Positions 1 to 9,703 of a stretch of DNA of 64,000 nucleotides are shown here, piece after piece (position 1 is the first letter of the stretch; the number at the start of each line of letters is the position of its first letter). The notes under the pieces are model-generated. The model searched no databases, was not told where the DNA came from, and saw only the letters and a list, made by a program, of their open reading frames with translations. Position numbers and translations under genes: made by a program. The stretch lies in IMG/VR virus record IMGVR_UViG_2724679359_000002, positions 8,398-72,397 of that record. One strand, 5' to 3'. The DNA is from a virus (Duplodnaviria; Caudoviricetes).

Positions 1-657
1 ATCACCAACCTGTATGATGTAATTTATCGCCGCTTTTAGTTGATCTTCTGTAGTGTAACCACTTGCTATCAGCATGACCAGTTGATCCGATAATTCGGAT
101 AGGTCACGTTGACGAATGTGTTTCTGCAACAGCTCCAGAATGGCGACATGCTTATGTGTCATGATTTCGTCATCGGGGATAACGGTCACATCAATCAACG
201 GAAAGTTGCCGCCATATAGCTGTCCGGCAAGTGTGGGTACGCTGAACGCTTGTAACCAGCTCATGGGATACGGATACGGCGTGACCCTCCCATGATAGAA
301 CAATATGGGAATGACCAGCGGCAACTGGTCGTTCCCCGCTTCCAAGTGGCTCTGCATGGCAGCAATAGCGTAGCGCATCAGGCGAAAAGCCATATGTTTA
401 TCAGGGGAACTTTGATGTTCAATGAGGGCGTAAACATAACCGTCCCCCGCAGTTGTTTTGAGCGAGTAGAGCACGTCCGAGTAGCAAGCGCGCAGGTTGT
501 TTTCAATAAAACTGCCCGATTCCAGCCGTAAGGTGCTCAGGTCACAAAGTTGCCGCAATTCAGGCGGTAAATGGAACTCCAGCAGGTCACACGCCGTCGC
601 GGGCTGGGTCATAAAATTCTTAAAAAGTGCATCATGGGGGGTAGGGGTCGTTTTCAT
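1..657 (-). CDS. rpn: Rpn/YhgA-like (Transposase_31, PD-(D/E)xK) nuclease, 3' end outside window
   Basis: Manual translation from ATG 657: MKTTPTPHDALFKNFM...LRLESGSFIE...SDVLYSL...LIEHQSSPDKHMAFRLMRY; not in the ORF track because it runs off the edge. Confidence 0.9.
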   Translation of the reverse strand, partial: MKTTPTPHDALFKNFMTQPATACDLLEFHLPPELRQLCDLSTLRLESGSFIENNLRACYSDVLYSLKTTAGDGYVYALIEHQSSPDKHMAFRLMRYAIAAMQSHLEAGNDQLPLVIPILFYHGRVTPYPYPMSWLQAFSVPTLAGQLYGGNFPLIDVTVIPDDEIMTHKHVAILELLQKHIRQRDLSELSDQLVMLIASGYTTEDQLKAAINYIIQVGD

Positions 658-846
658 CGGGCGATAATAGTCATGGTGATCAGTGTGAGCAATCACTCCG
701 CACCACTTTAGGACAAACATTTTTTCTATTTAAAATAATGAGTTATCGATATGAATAAGAAAGAACAAACAATCACAGCGAGGAATAAATAAGGTACGAA
801 AAATAGCAGAAATAAGGCGACATCAACGCGACATCGCCCGTTAAAA

Positions 847-1458
847 TTATGGTTTTTCCGGCCAGTCAATCTCTGGCGCGGCGTTTGAGTCAATGCGCAT
901 TAGCGCGACGCGGTACTGTTTGAGTGCCGCCAATTGCTGAATATCAGTTGGTTGATTATCCATTGCAATGGCGTCGAGTAGGATGTTGATGTGCTCCGAA
1001 ACCTGCTTTATCAGTGCGGTTTTCTGTTGGGCGGCGGTGGCGATATGGCGGGCTTTTAATGCCTGTTGATCGACTTCCCAGGCGGTTCCTGTCCATATAT
1101 CAAATTCATGCATTGGCTGAATCAGTGTTTTATTTTTGGGGATTGGCCCCAGTGCAAAAATGATGGATTCATTTTTTGTTTCAATGTCATACACCGTTTG
1201 ATGGCGATGGTCTGCCACTGTCACCCACTGGTTAGCAGTTAAATCCCTGACCAATGCCATGCCGGTTTTAGGTTGAATGATGGGCGCGTCAGCCACCGAG
1301 TGAGCCGGTAAGCCGACGCCGAGCGGCAAGTACTCCATGCCCGCGCTGGCATATTCAAGACTCTCCGCATCATAGTGATAAAGCGTTACCCATCCCGCCT
1401 GGCTGGCGAGTTGATGGTCATCCAAGATGGCCTGTTGAACGGTAAAGTTATATTTCAT
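847..1458 (-). CDS. G: Tail fibre assembly protein (Tfa/gpG-like)
   Basis: GVGLPAHS, DHR..TVY and C-terminal YRV.L.RID...APEIDWPEKP motifs; start coupled to H stop (TAATG). Confidence 0.88.
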   Translation of the reverse strand: MKYNFTVQQAILDDHQLASQAGWVTLYHYDAESLEYASAGMEYLPLGVGLPAHSVADAPIIQPKTGMALVRDLTANQWVTVADHRHQTVYDIETKNESIIFALGPIPKNKTLIQPMHEFDIWTGTAWEVDQQALKARHIATAAQQKTALIKQVSEHINILLDAIAMDNQPTDIQQLAALKQYRVALMRIDSNAAPEIDWPEKP

Positions 1459-3005
1459 TAGATTGCCCTCAAAATATAGCAAAATGAGATGTTGCGTGGT
1501 CGGGTTTCGGCGGCGGTGCGCACCACGCGAGAGGCGTCAAAATCAAAGCTGCCACAATGGGTGATGTCGGTATGGTGCGGAGTATTGTCGTTGCCGACAG
1601 AGTGCGTTTTCGCGAAAGCACCAGTGAAATTGCTCTCTGCTGCGCTGCCGAGGCTTTCCGATACGCCACGGATGCCACCGGTGATATTTTGCAGTGCGTC
1701 GGCTTGCTCGCTTAACAGGGTACGACCCGTATCAATGCCGCGCCCGTCATCAAATCCGCGAATAAACTCGCCACGCAAATCGGGTAATTTTTTGTCTGGA
1801 TATAAGGTTGCCAGCGCGGGGTAGTGGTGGGCATAGAATGATGCGCCGTTACATTTTAAATATCCCGCCGGTGGCGTGGTACCTGGGTAGGGCAGTGGGA
1901 TGCCTATGGGGGTTAATGCCTGGCTGCGGCTGGTGACGATATCTATCCATTCTCGCCATTGACCATAAGAGTGCAGGCGGTAAGCTATTTTTGCTGCGGT
2001 GTGGGTATTATTGGTGGAGAAAATAAATTGGTGGGCGGTTAACGCATCATTCTGAATATGCTGAATGGTCGCATCACTAAAGCCCTCGGGCTTATTGGGG
2101 GCGTATTGATTGACACAGTACATGCCGGTTTTTGTCAGCGCATTGATCCCCGCCGAGGCAATAATGCAGGGGCCACCCCAGCCAAAGGCCCCGACCGCCA
2201 TGAGTTCATCGCGCTCATCACCCACATTCCGCGTCGCAGCAGAGCCGAGTTGCAGGTTAATTCGTGCGGCCTCTGTATCGTTAAGATCGAATAAATTTTT
2301 GCTGGCGAGAAGATATTGCGAATGAGGATAGGGGGTATCGAGATGGTTGCTCATCAATGCCACCGCAGCATTTACCGCTTTTTGTACCGCTTTGGGCGTG
2401 GCGGCTTCGGTCTCAATATGACTATCGATGTCGTTATTTAATCGCGTGAAACCTTTGGCGTATAAGCTGGCATCGGGATGGTTACATGAGTTTTCATGAG
2501 CAATCATCAACTCATCGATATAGGTTTTGACCTCAATAGCTTTATCATCCGCATAGTTTCGCGCGGTCAGTACCGCTGATGGGATAATTTTCAGCATCAC
2601 TGACGCCGTGCTGCTAACCATGAATATCATACGAATCAGTTGGGTACGGCCACTGCCTTCCTGCATTTGTGGCTTATAGCTTTCCGGACAATTGGCGATG
2701 GCAATTAACTCTCCGGCTTTATTCAGCAAGCCAATCTCCCGAATCCACCACCCGCCCTCAGTTTCAGAGATAATCTGCTCCGCAATAATCTGATGGGGAT
2801 TGCTCGGGTCAATGGTCAGGGCATTAAGGGTGGCGCGGCGCTGTTCGTTCACCAGTTGGGTTTGTGCCGGGCTAGGGGTTGGCAGGGTGCCGCCGCCATC
2901 CCCAACCACCATGTGAGTTATCTCTAAACGGGTGCCGAGCGCGGTGGCGCTTGCCAGTCTGGCCGTGCCGATATGGGTTAATAAGGCAAAGTATTTATTC
3001 GTCAT
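1458..3005 (-). CDS. H: Tail fibre protein
   Basis: P2 gpH N-terminus (YFALLT.IG...GDGGG...EGSGRTQ); collar domain PIGIPLPYP...LPDLRGEFIRG...ETRPRNI. Confidence 0.93.
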   Translation of the reverse strand: MTNKYFALLTHIGTARLASATALGTRLEITHMVVGDGGGTLPTPSPAQTQLVNEQRRATLNALTIDPSNPHQIIAEQIISETEGGWWIREIGLLNKAGELIAIANCPESYKPQMQEGSGRTQLIRMIFMVSSTASVMLKIIPSAVLTARNYADDKAIEVKTYIDELMIAHENSCNHPDASLYAKGFTRLNNDIDSHIETEAATPKAVQKAVNAAVALMSNHLDTPYPHSQYLLASKNLFDLNDTEAARINLQLGSAATRNVGDERDELMAVGAFGWGGPCIIASAGINALTKTGMYCVNQYAPNKPEGFSDATIQHIQNDALTAHQFIFSTNNTHTAAKIAYRLHSYGQWREWIDIVTSRSQALTPIGIPLPYPGTTPPAGYLKCNGASFYAHHYPALATLYPDKKLPDLRGEFIRGFDDGRGIDTGRTLLSEQADALQNITGGIRGVSESLGSAAESNFTGAFAKTHSVGNDNTPHHTDITHCGSFDFDASRVVRTAAETRPRNISFCYILRAI

Positions 3006-3543
3006 ATTGAGTCCATTCATAGGGGTAAATGGTCATTTCGTCGCAGTCATAACTGGCGGCACTGATGGGGATTGCTCCGTTAACAGCCAAATTAATCGAC
3101 AGGCCATTCAGATGGCGACTGCACGGCTTGGCGTCGTCTATTAACCGCTCCAGTTCGGGATACATTTCCTCGGTAATACCGGTTTCCAGCACACCCACAT
3201 CAAGGCGAAAGGTACCGGGCGTTTCGTTGGTTTTCCACCATTCGATCACCCGAATAAGGTAGCCGAGCGGCTCAACTACCCGACGAATTGCGCCAATGGT
3301 GCCTTTGTGTTTGTGGACGTACTGCGAGGACTTCACCACCGCGCGCTTGGTGGCTTGCGGCCAGTCCTCATCCCAGCGATCCACCGACCACGCCCAGGCT
3401 AAATAAGGCAGCAATACCAGCGGGCAGGTATCGGCATTCCACAGCTTGCTTAATGGCACCTCAATATCCGCCATACGTGCACAGGCTTGTGCGGCGGCGA
3501 TCTCCAACGTGGTAGAGCCAACCGGCAATAAGCGTTTATTCAT
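2995..3543 (-). CDS. I: Tail/baseplate protein I
   Basis: LLPYLAWAWSVDRWD, HKHKGT, AKPCSRH. Confidence 0.93.
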   Translation of the reverse strand: MNKRLLPVGSTTLEIAAAQACARMADIEVPLSKLWNADTCPLVLLPYLAWAWSVDRWDEDWPQATKRAVVKSSQYVHKHKGTIGAIRRVVEPLGYLIRVIEWWKTNETPGTFRLDVGVLETGITEEMYPELERLIDDAKPCSRHLNGLSINLAVNGAIPISAASYDCDEMTIYPYEWTQYDE

Positions 3544-4444
3544 CAGAGCCGCCCACCGTCAAGGTATAACCGGTGCAGTGAGCGGCTTGCGTTCTATCCA
3601 GCACCACATCCGCTAGCGGCGCGACCAACTCTACCCGCTGCACCCCCTCAACATGCAGCGCGGCGTAAATGGCAGATTGGCGAATATCGCGACCTAAGCG
3701 GCGTTGGGTGCTGATATAGGTGTTTAGCCTGGCTTCGGCTGCTGTACGAATGGGTTCGGTTTCTGGCCCCGGATAAAAATAGAGCGTGACGTCAATCTGG
3801 TATTCCACGATAGCGGCAGAATTAACCGTTAACCGATCCGCCACTGGCCGCACGTTCTCATCGTTCAGCACGGTAAAAACTTTATCCAATAAATCTTGTG
3901 CGGCCACGCCGTTCCCCTCGCGAGAGAGCACAGTAACGGTAACGCAAGCGGGAGATGGACTAATGGCGGAGGCGTCAGCAATCCGGCCATCCGCACTGCG
4001 GGCGTGATATTCGTAAGCACCGGTTGGCCCGGCCACGCTCAAGCCCTCAAAAGCCTGCGGGATACGTACCCGGAAATCGTCGTCAGACTCCATCACTGCG
4101 GCAGTGGGGGGGATGGTGTCGGGATTGGCCGCTGTGATGGTCAACCGCGCAATACCATTGTTTGCGCCGAGGTGATCTAAATCACTGCCGATAGCATGAG
4201 CCACCATCACCGCCTGCGCCCCCTCATTGACACGCTGACGCAACAGCAATTCACGGTAGGTACTCTCCTGCAACAGCTTCACAATGGGTTCCGACTCAAA
4301 TGACAACGTTAGGCGCACCGCGTCTTGTTGGTCAGCCGGATATAAGGCAATAAATGCCTCTTTGCGCACGGCAAACAGGCTGTCAAAATCCAGTGCTTCA
4401 ATCACCAGCGGGGCCGGTAACTGGCTTAAATCAATGATTGCCAC
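3536..4444 (-). CDS. J: Baseplate assembly protein J
   Basis: IDLSQLPAP, SVAGPTGAYEYHA, RPVADR; synteny. Confidence 0.93.
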   Translation of the reverse strand: MAIIDLSQLPAPLVIEALDFDSLFAVRKEAFIALYPADQQDAVRLTLSFESEPIVKLLQESTYRELLLRQRVNEGAQAVMVAHAIGSDLDHLGANNGIARLTITAANPDTIPPTAAVMESDDDFRVRIPQAFEGLSVAGPTGAYEYHARSADGRIADASAISPSPACVTVTVLSREGNGVAAQDLLDKVFTVLNDENVRPVADRLTVNSAAIVEYQIDVTLYFYPGPETEPIRTAAEARLNTYISTQRRLGRDIRQSAIYAALHVEGVQRVELVAPLADVVLDRTQAAHCTGYTLTVGGSDE

Positions 4445-4800
4445 TATTGGCCTCCTATTGGCACTGCCAAACTCAACCGGCTTTCGCTATCAGTGCGACT
4501 ACCGGTTAAATCCACAATCATCTGGCCGTCAATCTGGGTGGTGATACTGATGGCATTTAAGGTCACGCGTGGCTCCCAGCGCATCACTGCGCCATACACC
4601 GCAGCCATCATTTTGAGACGCAGTGCGGGATTTTGTGGCTGGTCGATCAGGGTGGATAACAGTGAGCCATAATCACGGCGCATTACTCGCGTACCTTGCG
4701 GGGTGGTCAGAATGTCGCTGATTGACTGGCGAATATGGTCAATATCGTCGATGTGTAAACCGCTGTTGCGGTTCATGCCGCTATATTTATCGCTGGTCAT
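4444..4800 (-). CDS. W: Baseplate protein W (gp25-like)
   Basis: HIRQSI.DILTTP.G.RVMRR.YGS...WEPR. Confidence 0.92.
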   Translation of the reverse strand: MTSDKYSGMNRNSGLHIDDIDHIRQSISDILTTPQGTRVMRRDYGSLLSTLIDQPQNPALRLKMMAAVYGAVMRWEPRVTLNAISITTQIDGQMIVDLTGSRTDSESRLSLAVPIGGQ

Positions 4801-5432
4801 TTAACCCCCTGAGTCCAATCACCGCCGCGCTGCACGCCACCGTGGTGATGATCGTCAACCACCACACCATTAGATGAGAACTGGCCGCCGGAATGCTCAA
4901 TATCACCGCTCATTTTGCCGCCTTGCATCACTTGTAAGGTGGCGGTAGTTAGGTTATTGGTGCATTCCACTTCCGGTGTATCCAGTGTGATTTTGACCGA
5001 GGCAGTACAGGTAATATTGGGGGCGGTTACACTAACTGATTCACTGGCTTCAATCACTGCCGTGGCTATGCCGGTAATAGCCAGGTGGCTGGTTTCCGGT
5101 TCATATTCAAAACGGGCACCATCAGGAAAAGTGATCACCATGGCGTCAGGCGATTGTGACGGCGCGGAATTAGCATCAGAAAAAATGGCAGGCAGCACAA
5201 AGCCGGTGGTGAGTTCACCGCCAATACTCAACACCATCACTTGTTCACCTTTGGACGGCGCAGACCAAAAACGTACCCGACCGGCGCGCAGAGTGAGCCA
5301 ATTGAGCCAATCGGTTTCAAGGTTGCCTATTTTAACCCGGCACAGTCCGTTGGCGAGATCGACGTCTGAGACGATGCCAATGCGGATAATGTTAGCCAAC
5401 AGGCGTTTAAGGCCAGCAATAAGGATATTCAT
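4797..5432 (-). CDS. V: Baseplate spike protein V
   Basis: IRIG.V..VD, WSAPS.GEQV, C-terminal HxH motif; start trimmed to MNILIAG. Confidence 0.92.
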   Translation of the reverse strand: MNILIAGLKRLLANIIRIGIVSDVDLANGLCRVKIGNLETDWLNWLTLRAGRVRFWSAPSKGEQVMVLSIGGELTTGFVLPAIFSDANSAPSQSPDAMVITFPDGARFEYEPETSHLAITGIATAVIEASESVSVTAPNITCTASVKITLDTPEVECTNNLTTATLQVMQGGKMSGDIEHSGGQFSSNGVVVDDHHHGGVQRGGDWTQGVK

Positions 5433-5478
5433 GCGGTCAGTGTGCCGTCTACGGGCGCGCGCGGCATGTGATGGGTTT

Positions 5479-5496
5479 TGTGTGGGGGATGGCACA
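5479..5496. promoter_or_regulatory. Ogr-family late activator site upstream of V (prophage 1)
   Basis: TGT-GTGGGGGATGGC-ACA = TGT-N12-ACA. Confidence 0.65.
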
Positions 5497-5565
5497 AGAG
5501 ATGTATTTATATAGTAAACTGTGAAAGTTTATTACATTATCGTTTAAATAGAAGGAAGAATCGTA

Positions 5566-6486
5566 GTGGATAATTCTATTGATACCAAGATTTATAAATT
5601 AGACAAAAAATATGCACGAGATGGTATCCCATTTCATCAACGGCCATTAAAGGCAGCAATGGATATTTTGGACATATCGTCAGTGATTGATGCTATTGAA
5701 CACCCCAAATTTAATTATATTATTAATAGATATGGAAAGATAATTCCTGAGACCGTAACTACATGGCCTGGAATGGGGACAGGAATAGTTGCGTCAATTG
5801 ATCAAGTAAAAAAATTCACCGTAGGTGTAGCTTATGGTAATCCACGAATTGATATTTATCGTGGGTTGGGTTTCGACAGCGACGAAAAATGGTTTAGTTG
5901 GTGCAGAAAGGATATGAAAATTGCAGCTGAATCAGCTTTTGCATTTGTAGATATATTTGACTTTGTTTATGGCACCGATAGTCTTAGCCATGAAACTAAT
6001 CCTGATGTAATAGCATTTTTGAACTTGGCGACTTCTAACCTAGAGCTTGTCGCTCATGCATTACCTAATACATATAATAGTGACACAGTCATACAACCAA
6101 TTTGTATGACTGTGGAGTTGGTGCTTAAAGGAATATTAATTCATTTAGGTTTATCAATTGATGAAATAAAAAACCTTGGACATGATCATTTAGCCTTGTT
6201 TAATAAATTAACATCTAAAGTTGAACATAGAGATGATGAACTAATCAAAACTATAATTAATCGCATCCCTGATTATGTCGACTCTCGCTATAGAGGGGCT
6301 GAACTTACCCGTATACAAACAGTTAAACTCGCCCTCGGAGTTCAGTTTATTGCTGCATCGGCATTAAGACGTGTAACTCAATGTGATTTAGCATTACAAA
6401 TGGAACAAGATGATTTCCCTGGGTATGCAATACGTCAAAAATTTGCAAACTCATTTTTAAAGGGGGCATGGCAGCCTAGCAACTAA
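5566..6486 (+). CDS. AT-rich cargo protein with C-terminal HEPN-like domain
   Basis: ELVLKGIL...GHDHLALF...YVDSRY fits the HEPN E..LK / H.L..L / Y...RY pattern; antisense to tail operon. Confidence 0.6.
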   Translation: MDNSIDTKIYKLDKKYARDGIPFHQRPLKAAMDILDISSVIDAIEHPKFNYIINRYGKIIPETVTTWPGMGTGIVASIDQVKKFTVGVAYGNPRIDIYRGLGFDSDEKWFSWCRKDMKIAAESAFAFVDIFDFVYGTDSLSHETNPDVIAFLNLATSNLELVAHALPNTYNSDTVIQPICMTVELVLKGILIHLGLSIDEIKNLGHDHLALFNKLTSKVEHRDDELIKTIINRIPDYVDSRYRGAELTRIQTVKLALGVQFIAASALRRVTQCDLALQMEQDDFPGYAIRQKFANSFLKGAWQPSN

Positions 6487-6554
6487 ATAGCTCTATATCA
6501 TGTAAATGCTGATATCGCTTGCATTGCTCCATTTATTGGGGGTACATTAAATGC

Positions 6555-6827
6555 ATGGACATATCTTACGACCCAACCAAAAACGAAAAAAATATTGCTG
6601 AACGTAAATTGTCCTTTGAGATGGCGCGTGATTTTGAAGTTGCCACCGCGCTAATTGTTGAGGATCTGCGTAAGGAATATCCAGAGCGGCGCTTTCAGGC
6701 ACTGGGCTACATTGAAGAGCGGTTACATATGTTGGTATTCACACCACGTAACGGCAAGGTGCATGTTATCAGTCTGCGTAAGGCAAATTCCCGTGAGGTA
6801 AAGCGATATGAACAAAAAAATCAGTAA
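6555..6827 (+). CDS. brnT: BrnT-family RNase toxin
   Basis: YDPTKNEKN...LSFE...YPERRFQALG...VISLRKAN.RE. Confidence 0.9.
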   Translation: MDISYDPTKNEKNIAERKLSFEMARDFEVATALIVEDLRKEYPERRFQALGYIEERLHMLVFTPRNGKVHVISLRKANSREVKRYEQKNQ

Positions 6828-7098
6828 AGTCACTGTGACAGATAACCCTGAGTGGGGTGAGGCAGAGTTTGCCCGCGCACGTCCAGCCACCGAGGTATTT
6901 ACCGAGTTGTTTGGTAAAGAGGGCGCGGAAAAGGTGATAAAAACCCGTGGTCGGCCAAAACTGGCAAATCCGAAAGAGCCGGTTAAGCTACGAATTGATC
7001 ACGATGTGGTAGACGCCTATCGGGCGCAGGGCGATGGATGGCAAACCAAAATGAACGAAGCGTTGCGCGATTACGCTAAAACTCATGGGATGCTGTGA
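6808..7098 (+). CDS. brnA: BrnA-family antitoxin
   Basis: RGRPK...K..V.LRID.DVV..YRA.G.GWQT.MN.ALR; overlaps brnT. Confidence 0.9.
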   Translation: MNKKISKVTVTDNPEWGEAEFARARPATEVFTELFGKEGAEKVIKTRGRPKLANPKEPVKLRIDHDVVDAYRAQGDGWQTKMNEALRDYAKTHGML

Positions 7099-7164
7099 TT
7101 TATTAGGCGTTATTTTTCAATAACCAGTCAAAACTTACTCAGAGAAGCCGCTAAGAGGGACATT

Positions 7165-8226
7165 ATGGCAAGCTGCATTCCCCCCAAAGTTCCCGGATAC
7201 TTACAAAGAATTCGGGAACAATATAAGGAAAGTGAACCTATTATTTATAAAGTTCTTAGTCATGCAAAAATATTTGTTCGCGAAGATTACCATGTTGATC
7301 CTAATTATGATGCTGTTGGTCATGATATCTGTCTTTTCTTGCCAATGGAGATATTGAGAGGCATACATATTTCTAAACAAGAAGAATATACAAATGTAAT
7401 TAAAAACGACCTCAATCTTTTGACAAAATCTGTGCATGGTGAATGGATAGGCGAAGTTGCATTAGAACTGAATTCTGAGTTAGATCCTGAATATCAGCAA
7501 GCTATCAGTATCAATGAAGTAGTCAACGAGGTGCTGAATCCTGATGAGTTATCCATTTGGAAGCCAAACTTAATTCGAGTTTTTATTAGCCATAGAGACA
7601 AATACAAGCGTGAAGCGCAAGAATTAGCAAATTCCTTAGAGGAGTACGGTTTCAGTTGTTTTGTTGCCCATGAGACTATCGAACCACTCAAAGAGTGGAG
7701 AAATGAGATCGTTAACGGGCTGAAAACAATGGAAGTGATGTTGGTTTTACTAACGGATGATTTCAATGACAGTATCTGGACGTGCCAAGAGGTTGGCTAT
7801 GCTCTCGGTGCAAATAAACCAGTTGTAACCCTAAAAGTTGGCAAAGTCGATCCTGCTGGATTTATTAGTCATTTACAAGCAGTAAAAGGGAGCCTCGACA
7901 CTCCCACGCATAATGCCGAGTTGTTGAATATGCTTTTGGCTGACAGCATCGGTAAAGCAGAAAGAATACAACAAGCACTAATTTCTACATTCATAGCATC
8001 CCAGAGTTTTGATGAATCTAAGCATCGATTCAATCGTATGAATAAGAGCATCAAAAAACTTACGGAAGAAAATGTAAGCACCCTAGTGGATGGTTTCCGA
8101 AGAAATAGACAATTGAATCAGTGTATCTATCTAAATAATAACTACAACAGACTTAAAACTTTTATTGAACGGACAACAGGCAAGAACGTAATAACAAATG
8201 AAAACGAAATAGTTTTATCTGATTAG
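7165..8226 (+). CDS. TIR-domain protein (candidate anti-phage)
   Basis: VFISH...A..LA..L...GFSCFVAH.TIEP...W...S.WT.QEVGYALG (TIR with conserved Glu). Confidence 0.85.
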   Translation: MASCIPPKVPGYLQRIREQYKESEPIIYKVLSHAKIFVREDYHVDPNYDAVGHDICLFLPMEILRGIHISKQEEYTNVIKNDLNLLTKSVHGEWIGEVALELNSELDPEYQQAISINEVVNEVLNPDELSIWKPNLIRVFISHRDKYKREAQELANSLEEYGFSCFVAHETIEPLKEWRNEIVNGLKTMEVMLVLLTDDFNDSIWTCQEVGYALGANKPVVTLKVGKVDPAGFISHLQAVKGSLDTPTHNAELLNMLLADSIGKAERIQQALISTFIASQSFDESKHRFNRMNKSIKKLTEENVSTLVDGFRRNRQLNQCIYLNNNYNRLKTFIERTTGKNVITNENEIVLSD

Positions 8227-8264
8227 TTAAATGTCAATACTGAAACTAACTCCAGCATTTGAAA

Positions 8265-8711
8265 TTACTTCCCTATCCACTCCAACGCCAGATCCCCAAT
8301 CCATTCACTGTCGCCGTCAGTAAAGCCTAGCAACTGGCGGCGCTCGTATTTCACCGTTGGCCCGTTCTTTGTGACTTTATCCCGTAAGCCGTAGTGATGC
8401 ACTCGCACCAGATTATTGACCTTACCGGTAAAGGTGACGGCGGCCTCATCGGCGTTGGATTCATTTTTGATATAACGGGCGGTGCGCAGCTTGGTAAACA
8501 TCTTGCGCTTGATGCGGCCTTGTTTATCGCGGCGTTTCTTCTTGCGCGGCACAAAGGGCGATCCGTCTGGGTTTTGCTGCGACTGAATATGCTTTTGCTG
8601 CCGCTGGCGTAGCTCTTTGGCTACCTGACGCATAAACGCGCCACGTGCCTGTGGGGATAATTGCGCCAGTAAAATTGATAGGGTTTGGTCTAGCTCATGC
8701 AGGTCATTCAT
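8265..8711 (-). CDS. S: Tail completion protein S
   Basis: QQNPDGSPF.PRK, MF.KLRTARY, VHHYGL, RQLLG. Confidence 0.9.
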   Translation of the reverse strand: MNDLHELDQTLSILLAQLSPQARGAFMRQVAKELRQRQQKHIQSQQNPDGSPFVPRKKKRRDKQGRIKRKMFTKLRTARYIKNESNADEAAVTFTGKVNNLVRVHHYGLRDKVTKNGPTVKYERRQLLGFTDGDSEWIGDLALEWIGK

Positions 8712-9175
8712 GCGACCCACTCCGCCACGGTTTTACCGTCAACATTCACTTTGTAACTTTTGACAAAATGCTCCGGTGGCACTGGCTCATCAAGATGGGT
8801 AACGTTTAATGTTCCGTCCTGCTCTTTGACAATCACCCGCTCAGTGAGCTTGATATCAATACTGATATCGCGCAGTTTGTTATCAAGATAATCCGCTTCA
8901 AAGGTGAAGCAATCCTGACGCTTATCAGGATTTGCCATAATATCTGGCTGATGAGTGCGCAACCAATGCAGAATAGGGACAACAATCAAATCCATGCTCT
9001 CGGCGTAATCGGTCACCACCAGATTTAAGGTGTATTGATATTCAAAAGAGAGTGATGGGGCCAGCGTGGCAATAATCGCCCCTTTATCAATAAACACATG
9101 TAAGCAATCTGGATTTTGCTTGATATACGGCACCGCCTTTAAAATAGCGCTACGCAGCGAATCAGGCTTTAACAT
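8708..9175 (-). CDS. R: Tail completion protein R
   Basis: MLKP.SLR, SLSFEYQYTL, QPDIMA, LTERVIV. Confidence 0.9.
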   Translation of the reverse strand: MLKPDSLRSAILKAVPYIKQNPDCLHVFIDKGAIIATLAPSLSFEYQYTLNLVVTDYAESMDLIVVPILHWLRTHQPDIMANPDKRQDCFTFEADYLDNKLRDISIDIKLTERVIVKEQDGTLNVTHLDEPVPPEHFVKSYKVNVDGKTVAEWVA

Positions 9176-9425
9176 TGACAGCCCCTTGCTGGCAAGTCAG
9201 CACTGTATCAACTTGCGCCGCGCAAGCGTGTAAAGCCGCTTCCAACTGGTCAATGTCGTCGTTTAAATCACCGTTAGTGTGCGGTTCCGCTGCTGGAAAT
9301 TGGCACTGCGCCACTCTCGGACAGCCATTGACGGTAATCTGCGGCCCCGGTGATGGCGGGGCGTCGGCGCAACCGGATAATATCATCAGGCAGGGGAGTA
9401 TCAGCCCAGCGGCGTAAGGTTTCAT
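9162..9425 (-). CDS. lysC: o-spanin lipoprotein (LysC/Rz1-like)
   Basis: Lipobox LSGC, CP...C, NGDL..DI..LE.AL..C; overlaps lysB. Confidence 0.82.
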   Translation of the reverse strand: MKPYAAGLILPCLMILSGCADAPPSPGPQITVNGCPRVAQCQFPAAEPHTNGDLNDDIDQLEAALHACAAQVDTVLTCQQGAVNVKA

Positions 9426-9699
9426 TTTCACGATATAACCTCTTGATTTGATTATTACGTTGCGCCAATAACTGATCTGTACTGGCAACCTGTTGGCGTA
9501 AATGCGCCTGTGCCTGATTGTTGGCATTGGCGGTCAGCGCAAGGGCAATGAGTTGGTCGTTTTTACTGGACGAATCGGCCGCTTGTTGGTCAATCAATGT
9601 CTGACGGGCCTCGGCTAACCGGTGGGTCTGTACGCCACTGATAACCAGTAACGCGCCGACAATCGGCCAGACCAACGATGCTGTATTGAAGATTGGCAT
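9274..9699 (-). CDS. lysB: i-spanin LysB
   Basis: N-terminal TM, coiled coil, EN..LR.WA.T.LP.D.IRL. Confidence 0.85.
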   Translation of the reverse strand: MPIFNTASLVWPIVGALLVISGVQTHRLAEARQTLIDQQAADSSSKNDQLIALALTANANNQAQAHLRQQVASTDQLLAQRNNQIKRLYRENETLRRWADTPLPDDIIRLRRRPAITGAADYRQWLSESGAVPISSSGTAH

Positions 9700-9703
9700 G
9701 GTG

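Noticed and set aside
292-531. 79-aa + strand ORF
   Set aside because: Antisense to the Rpn gene.
847-3005. Invertible tail fibre cassette or diversity-generating retroelement
   Set aside because: No serine invertase, inverted fibre copy or reverse transcriptase in the window.
5566-8226. Thoeris or CBASS system
   Set aside because: A TIR gene is present, but no ThsA (SIR2/SLOG or Macro) or CD-NTase is recognisable.
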